A stretch of 64,000 nucleotides of DNA. Origin: Phoronis australis. Lineage: Eukaryota > Animalia > Phoronida. The notes beneath the pieces are model-generated. The model did not search any database. It worked only from the letters and a program-made list of their open reading frames with translations, and was not told the origin of the DNA. Shown in pieces: positions 12,901 through 22,114 of the stretch; positions within the stretch are counted from its first letter, which is position 1; each line of letters begins with the position of its first letter. The translations under genes and the position numbers were made by a program. The stretch lies in contig NMRA01000201.1 in the NCBI GenBank assembly GCA_002633005.1, positions 1 through 64,000 on the forward strand, in the 5' to 3' direction.

Positions 12901-15900
12901 GTCGTTTACTTTTGCTTACGAGTCAGTCAACATGCCACACTGTTGCTGCCTACCGGGATGTACTCATTATGGCCCAAAGCCTGTAAGCAGCCCTGCTGCG
13001 ATATTGAATAGGAGTGAATACAGGCCCCGTTCGACACCCAGTGAAGAGGGCAGTTCATCGTTCAATGAACAGATCGGTGAGCCAAACTTTGATAAGTTTA
13101 TTGTGGACTTGTCTAAAGTATTGGAGCTATTTAGAAGGTGCCGGGTGTGTGGCGAGGGTGTCACACAGCAGGGTGTAAGCAGTTTGCGTGCTCAAATCAC
13201 TATCAGTGGGAGTGTGTCGCAGACACTCAGGCAAGTGGGACAGTTGTTCATCTGTCCGTGGGACGATAATGAGTACATCCCGGTACGCAGCAACAGCGTG
13301 GCATGTTGACTGACTCATAAACAAAAGCATACGATGACCGAACTTATCGAAACCACGAGATAGAAAAATGACTGACTGGGCAGCTCTCACAGTCAGACTA
13401 TACGAAAAGAAATAGGCGGTAAATTCTTGCCTTCCAAAACGTCACTTCCTGAGCAGTGAACAAATAGTTAATGAAATTACGAAAAGCTGTAATTAAGGGG
13501 AAAATATGTCTGGGATAACCAACGAACCTTATTTTTGCTAAAAAAGACATGGAAAAAGGTTGCCTTCGCCTTTAACAAATTACTTCCTTTTGTTATCTCA
13601 ATTTCAAGTTCAAAAATTTTGACCTGCCTATGCAGAGTGAAATACTTAAGTTGTATCTCTTCACAGATACTAAGGTTTTGAAAACTAGTTGTCAGCATTG
13701 AGACTTATAGAATGTGAAGCAACATTAGTTATAGTATGGCAGAGTATACACTTTAACAAATCTACAGGTTAAAGCAGCAATTAAACCTCTGATTTCCATC
13801 AACAAACAAGCTTTGATTCATGCCATTTGCCATTTTAAAGTGGTCTCAAATTTTTCCTTACTCAGATGAGGACAGAAGAGCTGACAACCTTATGACCTTC
13901 ATCTGAAGACATAGCAAAATATCAGTTCATCCCGGAGCACAGAGATCAGTTCTAAGCTTAGTAAGGAGATAGATAGGACCACTTCTGTAACGATTAGTGG
14001 CTTAAATGAAAACCTGCATTTTTAACTAAAAGCACGGGTTCAAAGCACATTCAAGTCCAATGCAAGGTGTGGACAATAAAGGTACTATCAACCTATCTTC
14101 AATCAAAAACTAATCTTATATGTAAGCCACTAGCTAGTTGTTAAAATGGTTTCAAATCTTAAAAATAACATTTAACCTAACCAAGGGACAAACTGAGACC
14201 AGTTTTATAACAATCAGTGACATAAATCAAAGGCTAGTTTATTTTCAGACGACGGTTTAAAGCTGCTGTAAAAATTCTCAAATGAACAATTAAAACAAAG
14301 AGAGAAAGACAAACAATAGGAATAGGATGGATAAACAAACAAACAAATGGGCTTAGGAACAGAGAGACAGAAGGAGGGTCAAATCATTGGACGGATTAAT
14401 AAATATAAATAGTCTAAGAGAGAGAAAGAGTCGAAGAGAGGGACAATGGAACAGAGACAAACAAACCTAATGATCGTGTCATGGTATGCTTTAATTTTAG
14501 CCTTGGGATTGAACTTGAGAGCACTTTCTTTAGCCACCTACAAGAGGAGGATGAACAATACGGAATGAAAGGTAATGAACTTCTGAATTAACACACTCAG
14601 ACAATACACTTTTGTATCGACTAACCTACAGTCACTATATGGACTATAAATGTCTTCATTATCATTATGCATCATTCTTGTTAACGAAAAACTGTCATTA
14701 TTTGCACTTCAAAATTTAACAAATACTAGTTAGGCTGAAGTTTATGTAGGACTCTAGAAAAATGGCCATGTATTTTCACCACCCTAAATTCTCTAGTTTT
14801 TGTAGATATTCCACACAGATCTGTCCACACAACCTTAAGAACTGAGCCAAGCAGCATCTAGCCCTATAAATTTTAAACAATACAAAACTTACCTGCGATT
14901 TAGACTTGCCTACATGTTCTCGCCTAAAGAGAAACTGTCTGTTTAGATTGCTGACGTCGATTGTATCCAAGTCAATCTGAAATATAATTTAGGATTATAC
15001 TAAAAGTAATTACTAGTACAGTAACAGGTAAATGAAAAATTACATCAAAGATGCCAGCGAAGACAAAATCAAGATCATATACATTAAATGACAATGGCGA
15101 CAAAATCCTGCATGTTTTGTTTTGGTTTAAAAGGTTTGACACATTGTCACAGTACCACATACAGATGGAGTGGGGTGTGATACAATATCAACAAATTCAA
15201 AGTCCCTCAAGAGATGAAAACTACATACTCTCATATGCTGAATCTATTTCTTAACAATGTCTTCAAATCCAAGGACATTCTGTTGACTAGACAATTATCC
15301 ACTTGACTTGCCACACTGTCTGTTTCATGAAAGCGACTTATGAGTTAAGACTGGAGACAGAAATTTGGTCTTGTGCTCCATCACAATTGCTAAAAAAGGT
15401 TCAGCCATGTTATTATAAGGGCTACACAGTCTAAAAATAATTTGTAAAACTTTTCTCAATCGTAAGCAATTATATATGTATATTGATTTCTAAGATACTT
15501 TTTGGTGGACCTTCAGCTCCGTTTGAGCTGTTGTATTAGCTTGGCTAGGCCAGCTGTAATCAGCTGGCTAGACGTATGAAAACTAACGTCAAAACACAGC
15601 TAGGAACATCACACAGACCTCGACATTTCACACAACCTAGCTAATTATACTCTTCGCCTCCTTGAGAAACTTACATCAACATGTAGAGCTAACGGTGATA
15701 GACTATCGCTCACACTGATAAACTATAGATAGACTATCGTCCCAGTCTGCCTTTATTTATATTGAATCAATGAAGACTTTGTTAACGATGGTGACGCCTT
15801 TTTTACAAACTGGTCGCTAGTTTTCTAAAGTGGTCACCGGACATTCAGATTGGGAAAGCTGCCAAACTGGTTACTGCGACATGTTTAAAGCGGTCATGGA

Positions 15901-18900
15901 AGAAGGAGGAATGAAGATTTTAAGGACATTAACTTTGAGCAAAATGTTACTTGGCCCGATTTTTACCCACGTCGGTGCAAAACCGTACTAGTACATTTCA
16001 ACAGATTTGCACCAAGCTTGGTCCAAGAACAAGGTTAGGACAGCTGTTTCCATAGGCAATTACATCGCCTCTTTAATTACTTCCAACTTGAACAAATACT
16101 CCCGTTATTAAACTTTCTATTCAAGCAGTCCTTCGTTAAATTCCCACCAGTGCAAACTGACCATTTTTACACAGTGCACGCCAGGGGATATGACATCATA
16201 CCACCTGCCGTGTTGTTCACTGTCTTTACTGCCCAGCTAGAGACGGTGGTCAAAGTCTACAATTTGGGTTACAATAGTTATCACGCATGGTGAAAAAGTT
16301 AACGGTGATCAAACAGTGGAGTTGGAATTCTTCATGATAGTCATATTAATACATGTACACATGCTTCATCGAGGATGTCTATAAGACCAGAAAGGAATGC
16401 TGAATCTTGAAAGTAAGCACTTTTTGGAGATAATTTTAAGAAAAAATGTATTTTTGATGAGCTCAAACAATTTACTCTCAAGTGACTGTATGGGATTAAT
16501 ACAGAAACTGATGGGAAGGAAAAAAGCATGAAAATTTTGAGACATCCAGTTGAGAAAACAGATCAAGTTTGAGTCAAATATTGGAATAAAAACTTACAAA
16601 AATTAGCGACGTTGTGTCACAACATCGTCGTCCTAGTTATGGGGACATTTATGATTCGGCTATTTTTAGCCACCTGTGGGCCACTGGACATGATTTCAAT
16701 ACTGATGATGACATGATTTCAATACTGATGATGCCACTATCCTAGACTTTGAGGAAGACTGGTTCAGAAGGGGTGTAAAGGAAGCTCTCCATGAGCGCAT
16801 TGAGTTCGTCTTTAAATAAAAGAGGCGGTTTAAGATTTGATTTGTCGCACGTATGGGATGGTGTTCTGACGTCAATGTCGCGCCGTCTGGTTAAAACGCC
16901 ACCAATTGGCCAGAATAACGATAACATCACAAGCCAAGCTGAAGTCCGTGACATGCGGACGCAACGTCGCTAATTTTTGTAAGTTTTTATTCCAGTATTA
17001 GACTCAAACTTGATCTGAAGGGAAGAAATGTAGCTCACGTTACCTACTGCTCTAGCCTTGGCGCAAAACAGTATACTAAGTATACAGCTTTGCGCTGGGT
17101 AAAAAAATACCAAATAAAATATGACACAAAATTAATGTCAGTAAAAACTACACCCTTCCTTGAGTAAACTTAATTAACTACCGATGTTGGAAAAATTGGC
17201 GTTCTAACGTCATTCTGCAGTTAAAATTGTGTTATGATCTGTTGCGTCAGCATTCGGCACCATGAAATATTACGTCACCTATAAGCCAATTTCTTTTTTC
17301 GCTGATTCTTCAATAAACTGTTGTTCTTTCACAAGGTTGCATACACGTCACAACAAATTATTGGAACTGACTTCATTGATTATCAGGTTTTAGAATATAC
17401 ACGAAAATCAAATCAGCTCGGAGCAGCACAGGTTGTCAGCTTCGTTAACAGAGGTCGCTGAAGCCACACTGAAAAATGTTCGTCATCAGCTATCACAAAC
17501 AAAATCTCGGTAAAACGAAGCATGGCAAAAAGCACTTATCCATGGTTCGGTTGATTTGCTCCAAGTTTTATCTACACAGAATTTACTCTTTCGGAATATC
17601 CCCCCNNNNNNNNNNNNNNNNNNNNNNNNNNNNNNNNNNNNNNNNNNNNNNNNNNNNNNNNNNNNNNNNNNNNNNNNNCCGCCAAGACTTAAACCATTGT
17701 TATTATTCTTAAATTCTTAACATTTGAAGGCATTAACGCTGAAGTAGTAACGAAGAGTCTCATTGGTTGATTTCTTAAAAGATTTGCAAATATTATATGA
17801 CTCCTCAAATGTTATTAGGTGAGCCATTAACCTTCAGTGGCAGGTAAGCTAGTCGAGTTAGATGGTTTTGTTCACAGGCACCTTTGATCAGCCCTCAACT
17901 ATACACTAAATAAAGAGAAAGGTACACAACTGACATTCAATATGGCCGTCTGCCGGGCACTTCCGGAATAGCCCAAACCTGTCAAATCTGAAAGTAATTT
18001 GACTCAAACATTTTATTTGCTACAGCAACACGTTCATTGCTTCCATTTGTTGTCATCGAAACCAATAAAAACAATACATAACTCAAGATTTTCCTACTTC
18101 AGTCGCCAACATTCACGGCAAAGCGAAGAGCACAAATAACTTCAAGTGCTTGGTCTTATGCGCATGCTCATAAGACCCCTCGCGACATCTTCAGAACGCT
18201 TACATCAACTAAAAACAGCAACATTACGAACACAGTAAGCCAAGAGGCTCTTGACGGTAATTTGCGAATATGTCGTCCTACCTCGCATGAGGATGTCAAA
18301 AAAACATGGTTGCCTCTGGCCCTGTAAGTCGACTCTTACAAGTTCTGACGAACGGAAGATAAATTGGAAGGCCCCTTGAACGTTTGACCTATTTTTGCTG
18401 AACCCAATCAGCATTCTCATAGAGGAACATATAAATTATGTTGCTGTTTTCACAATGATGTAAGCATTCTGAAGATGTCGTGAGGGGTCTTACGAGCATG
18501 CGCATTAGATAAAAATTTTGAAGTTATTTGCGCTCTTCGCTTTGCCATGAATGTTGGCGATTGAAGTAGGAAAATCTTGAGGTATGTATTGTTTTTATTG
18601 GTTTCGATGTCAACAAATGGAAGCAATGAACGTGTTGCTGTAGCAGATAAAATGTTTGAGTCAAATTGCTTTCAGATTTGACATGTTTGGGCTATTCCGG
18701 AAGTGCCCGGCAGACAGCCATATTGAATGTCAGTTGTGTACCTTTCTCTTTATTATAGTACATGGTCGAGGGCTACATAAAGGTGCCTGTGGTTTTGTCC
18801 GATTTACTCGAACTTCCCCTACCGCTTTACAAGAACACTACAGCGCCGCGGTGGTTAACAGCCGGGTAGATTTTTATCCAGACAATGTAGGACTAACAAG

Positions 18901-19045
18901 AAAAATATACCATTTCAATGTTGACAAAACCAGTCAGTACAAGGTTCTTTAGTAACTCGCATCCTATTCCACCAGCTCCAACCATCAATATTTTGGAACC
19001 AGCTACTTTGTCCTTCAACGCTTTGTCAACAAATGCTGCAGCCAT
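845..19045 (-). CDS. UBA2: SUMO-activating enzyme subunit 2 (UBA2/SAE2), multi-exon gene, 3' end not in window
   Basis: 15 GT-AG exons spliced by hand give about 569 in-frame codons. Motifs include [22 protein letters not shown], the catalytic Cys in [21 protein letters not shown], Zn CxxC pairs (CYEC, CLAC), [14 protein letters not shown] and the UFD segment [11 protein letters not shown]. The last exon ends at a donor, so the C-terminus lies further left. Confidence 0.97.
1933..2077 (-). CDS. UBA2: UBA2 exon 14 ([47 protein letters not shown])
   Basis: tttcag acceptor, GTATGG donor, 145 nt. Confidence 0.95.
2752..2809 (-). CDS. UBA2: UBA2 exon 13 ([19 protein letters not shown])
   Basis: tttcag acceptor, GTGATG donor, 58 nt. 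Confidence 0.93.
3398..3553 (-). CDS. UBA2: UBA2 exon 12 ([52 protein letters not shown])
   Basis: ttgcag acceptor, GTACAG donor, 156 nt. Confidence 0.96.
4072..4184 (-). CDS. UBA2: UBA2 exon 11 ([37 protein letters not shown])
   Basis: ttacag acceptor, GTAAGC donor, 113 nt. Confidence 0.97.
4859..4952 (-). CDS. UBA2: UBA2 exon 10 ([31 protein letters not shown])
   Basis: tttcag acceptor, GTACGT donor, 94 nt. Confidence 0.96.
5624..5772 (-). CDS. UBA2: UBA2 exon 9 ([49 protein letters not shown])
   Basis: ttgcag acceptor (an alternative in-frame tttcag would start the exon at 5766), GTAGGC donor. Confidence 0.9.
6577..6676 (-). CDS. UBA2: UBA2 exon 8 ([33 protein letters not shown])
   Basis: ttgcag acceptor, GTTAGT donor, 100 nt. 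Confidence 0.95.
8460..9200 (+). mobile_element. Solo LTR (Gypsy/BEL-type) in UBA2 intron 7
   Basis: Inverted termini TGTCA...TGACA, flanks CGTAT/CGTAC (4 of 5 match, probable TSD), internal ~64-bp tandem enhancer repeat, TATAAATA at 8796-8803. Confidence 0.75.
8551..8830 (+). promoter_or_regulatory. Clustered heat-shock elements, FOXO sites and TATA/Inr within the LTR
   Basis: nGAAn arrays at 8582-8594, 8646-8658, 8691-8703, 8736-8753 (TTCagGAAagTTCtaGAA) and 8775-8782. TTGTTTAC at 8560-8567 and 8624-8631. TATA at 8796, Inr-like TTAGTC near 8822. Confidence 0.65.
9613..9743 (-). CDS. UBA2: UBA2 exon 7 ([43 protein letters not shown])
   Basis: ttgtag acceptor, GTATTG donor, 131 nt, phase-compatible with neighbours. 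Confidence 0.92.
10711..10778 (-). CDS. UBA2: UBA2 exon 6 ([22 protein letters not shown])
   Basis: tttcag acceptor, GTAGGT donor, 68 nt. Confidence 0.93.
10803..11013. repeat. Degenerate minisatellite (~43-bp period, GTTCAC twice per unit, ~5 copies)
   Basis: Recurrent aaagactagttcacaggg...aagttcaca units. Confidence 0.7.
11455..11524 (-). mobile_element. tRNA-derived SINE head remnant
   Basis: Minus strand reads ...gagctctggactcctgtttcggagacacaGGTTCAAATActg, with a B-box-like motif. Confidence 0.35.
11533..11654 (-). CDS. UBA2: UBA2 exon 5, catalytic Cys ([40 protein letters not shown])
   Basis: ttacag acceptor, GTAAGT donor, 122 nt. Confidence 0.97.
12252..12417 (-). CDS. UBA2: UBA2 exon 4 ([55 protein letters not shown])
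   Basis: ccgtag acceptor, GTTCGT donor, 166 nt. Confidence 0.95.
12683..13571. mobile_element. Non-autonomous Kolobok-like DNA transposon with ~295-bp inverted arms
   Basis: TTAA at 12679-82 and 13572-75, AGG...CCT termini. Internal ORF 12932-13309 starts THAP-like ([11 protein letters not shown]) and contains [20 protein letters not shown], resembling Kolobok transposase segments. Confidence 0.75.
14467..14537 (-). CDS. UBA2: UBA2 exon 3 ([23 protein letters not shown])
   Basis: ttgtag acceptor, GTTTGT donor, 71 nt. Confidence 0.94.
14893..14976 (-). CDS. UBA2: UBA2 exon 2 ([28 protein letters not shown])
   Basis: tttcag acceptor, GTAAGT donor, 84 nt. Confidence 0.96.
16070..16250. repeat. 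Partial copy of the palindromic element at 20324-20800
   Basis: Shares aacaaatactcc...ttcaagcagtcctt...tatgac(a/g)tcataccacctg with 20440-20580. Confidence 0.7.
16559..17017 (+). mobile_element. Penelope-like retroelement 3' fragment (GIY-YIG C-terminus) with inverted 5' copy of its tail
   Basis: Reads [30 protein letters not shown] / [24 protein letters not shown] / [20 protein letters not shown], broken by a 23-nt duplication and a frameshift. 16559-16614 is the inverse of 16962-17017 (2 mismatches). Confidence 0.85.
17606..17678. other. Assembly gap (73 N)
   Basis: Run of n. Confidence 1.
17873..18791. mobile_element. Foldback/MITE DNA element with ~350-bp inverted arms (P- or hAT-like ends)
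   Basis: CACAGGCACC...GGTGCCTGTG termini, 8-bp flanks GTTTTGTT/GTTTTGTC, arms about 17873-18225 and 18437-18791, highly similar. Confidence 0.85.
18911..19045 (-). CDS. UBA2: UBA2 coding exon 1 ([45 protein letters not shown])
   Basis: ATG at 19045-19043, donor GTATAT, 135 nt. Confidence 0.95.
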
Positions 19046-21912
19046 GCTCAAAATTAAACCGGAAACACTCAGGTAACAGGGCAGAGAATCTCTTAGGGAA
19101 GGGTTTGTTTCTATTTCCATTTTCAACAAGCTCAGTTGTTGGCAAATAAGCGATATAATCAGCCTAACAGCACTAAGATTTTTTAATGCAGCAAATTATT
19201 CAAAATATGAATATTTTTGGCACAATCATTAGTTTATCTTTTGACCATAAGATGTCACATGTAGTTGCTTCAGTAGATTGTTCCATTTCGAAAGGGAGGT
19301 CAATCCATTGAAATCAGATTTCCTTAATTGAAAAGTTGTTGAAAATTGTTGCACATCATAAATATTCGGATTATTTAACTTCAAAAAATTGTAACAAATA
19401 TTTAATACGGAAATTTATTTTACTCTCTGGTCCATTAATCCGTGAATGACTTATTTGACAATTTAACTACTACCCCTATAAAGTTGAGCATGTCGTGATT
19501 TCAACATGGAGGTCACACTCACATGAAGAATGTCATTCAAGAATCTTAAAAGCAGGAAGTATGCGATTTTGCAACTTTTGAATATTATAGTGCAATAATA
19601 TGTGATCAGGAGACGTGAAGCGTTAGAAATACGTGCTATATTTAGTTGATAATTTTATTTTTTGTACTAAATTAAGAATAGGAAGAACAACATCGCTCAG
19701 GCGTTTCAGGCCAGGGTCAGTTAAACTTTTTTGTTTTTTTTCCTTTGCCTTTTTGTTTGGCAGTTGGCTGGATTTTGCATTCCCGCACTGTTCTCAATGT
19801 TTTACCATAGTTTTTTTTTTCAGCTTCCAGTATGAGTGAACACTGCTTAATATTACCTACTTGTGTGGCATGTCATAGGTGGACTTGTTATGTTGGTTAA
19901 TTTCGGATCAAAGACAATGCTTTGGCTTTACTAATTTTAATAGTTATTGGAATTTTGCCTTTTGGTAGTCATCTTTTTCGGGATAGGATGTAGGTGGGTG
20001 TCCAAATATGGGGCAATATTCATTCTGGGCCCAAGGGAAATCCTGGACCCATCAGCATCAAAACAAGGCTTGACATGCCAAAGATTACATATCAATAACA
20101 CTTTCCTCAAAATTCAAGTGCTACCTGCTGATTTGGTAATTGTCCCAGTTATGCTGCACACCAGGCAGAATTAACGAGGAATATCTTGCAACACTAAACA
20201 AAGGTTTTATATTATAAAAGTCACATTTCTTGTCTGATTTTCAAAATTCAAAAATCTAATCACATGTACTTTTCATTAAAATATGCTATATACTAGACAG
20301 TGATGCTCCTATAGGCACTTCATACGCCGGAAGCTTTTCGGTGAATTATGCCTCACGCTGATTAAAGTGCCAAAGTCACGTTATTAGAAGTACCTTTTTC
20401 GCATAGAGGGACACCTTAGGAGGCTGTCGATGTATTTAATTCCTTGCAACTCGAACAAATACTCCTGTAATCAAACTTTTTCTTCAAGCAGTCCTTTGTT
20501 CAGTTCCCCAAATCGGTAACTGGTCATTTTTAACACTGCGCACACCTGGTGACCTGGAGCTATGACGTCATACCACCTGGAGCACGCAGTGTTAAAAATG
20601 GCCAGTTGCCGATTTGAACAACTGAAAAAAGGACTGCTCGAAGAAAAAGTTCAATTACAGGAGTATTTGTTCGAGTTGGAAGGCATTAAAGTCATTGACG
20701 GCCTGCTAAGTTGTCCCTCTATGCACAAAAGTTACTTATAACAATGTGACTTTGATTTTTAATCATTGTGAGGCATAATTTGCCGAAGGAGATCCACCGT
20801 CTCTAGTCAGGCTAGAAAGGGTGGTCACTGTCTAGCCATAAACAAACTTTCAAAATAAAAATCGAAAATACTATTGTTGCCCCCAGTGTGTTTTATGATG
20901 GGTTTAATTATTTAGAGAACATAACAGCAGCAGCCTGAGGTGATATACTTAACTGTAGCAGCATTGTGGCTTTGATCAATGCCAGCAGATTCCGAGGTAT
21001 GGAAACCTTTTCAGTTGCCCAATCTCGACCGGTGAGCGTGTCAATGTAGGAGTCTTTTCTTGTATGGTGATTCTAATCGCTAGCTATCTAATTAGCTGGT
21101 CACATTTTTCCAATGTATTATGGAAGTTTTATTATGCTGTAGTTGAAATACCGTGCAATTAAACCACAGTTACAATTATATCACCTTCTCGTAATAACAA
21201 AATTTGTTAAGTCATGCCGCAAATTATCTTCTCCATATGGACACGTAGTGTAGCAGGCAATACAACTATAATTTAAGCTGAAGTTGATCTCAACTTTTCA
21301 GTACTTAAATTAGAAGTTAGTTTTGCACTTTAAAGAACTGACAGTTAGTTATTGCCTGTGGCCATGTTCAGCAAGTTTGCTTGTCACGAGATGTCATTTT
21401 ATGCGTCACATATGCAGAGATACCGAAGAATGATATATATCCAGAAATCAATCAAAAATGGTCTCATGAATTTCACCATGGTGATATTTTGCAAAACATG
21501 TTTAAGAGTCACAGGTTGGTTTACGTGAACTATAGTACAGGCTTAGTGAAGTGATGTCTAATTTATTCAAGTCGAAGAAATTATCTGAGTGTACAGTAAT
21601 CAGGTCTTCGGTCATGTATTGTTGATAAATATTTGGCAGTGGTGAAGATTAAAAAAATTTTAGTCTACTTCTAGCGTGTGCAGATGTCATAAAATATCAA
21701 AATTTGCAAGTACTATTAGTAAAGTAAGCGGTTTTTGAAAAAATTGAAAATGACAATTGTGGTAATTATTTTTGTGAAATAAGTGGTTAAATTTATCATA
21801 ATCAACGAGAGTGTTCAGTGTCTTGATATGGTTAGACAAGTTCAATTATTCATTTTCAATTTCAGCAGTTTGAACTTTAAAAACGAAGTAATCGAATCCT
21901 GCTAGCCTGAAT
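19046..21912. promoter_or_regulatory. Divergent (head-to-head) promoter/5'UTR region of UBA2 and PLCG
   Basis: Start codons are 2.87 kb apart on opposite strands. ETS-like CCGGAA near 19059 and CAGGAAGT near 19553. Transcription starts are not determinable from sequence. Confidence 0.55.
20324..20800. mobile_element. Palindromic MITE-like element (~230-bp arms) with TATGACGTCATA at its centre
   Basis: For example aattatgcctcac/gtgaggcataatt, ctcgaacaaatactcctgtaat/attacaggagtatttgttcgag and tttttaacactgcg/cgcagtgttaaaaa; ends uncertain. Confidence 0.8.
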
Positions 21913-22114
21913 ATGGCTTCTAGCAGCTGCCTGGTCAACGGCGTGGGTGGCGATGACGTGGGCATGAACATCCTGCGTGTGTTGGAGCGCGGTCTACTCA
22001 TGACTCGATTCTACCCTAAAAAGAAGCCAGAGAAGCGGACGTTTCAGGTGAAGCTGGAGACCAGGCAATTAGTCTGGCTTCGAAACTATGGACAACTGAA
22101 GCCGGAGGGTACAG
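21913..22114 (+). CDS. PLCG1: PLCG coding exon 1 ([10 protein letters not shown]...[37 protein letters not shown])
   Basis: ATG 21913, donor GTGAGT. An upstream acceptor ttcagcag near 21861-21868 implies a 5' UTR intron. Confidence 0.93.
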
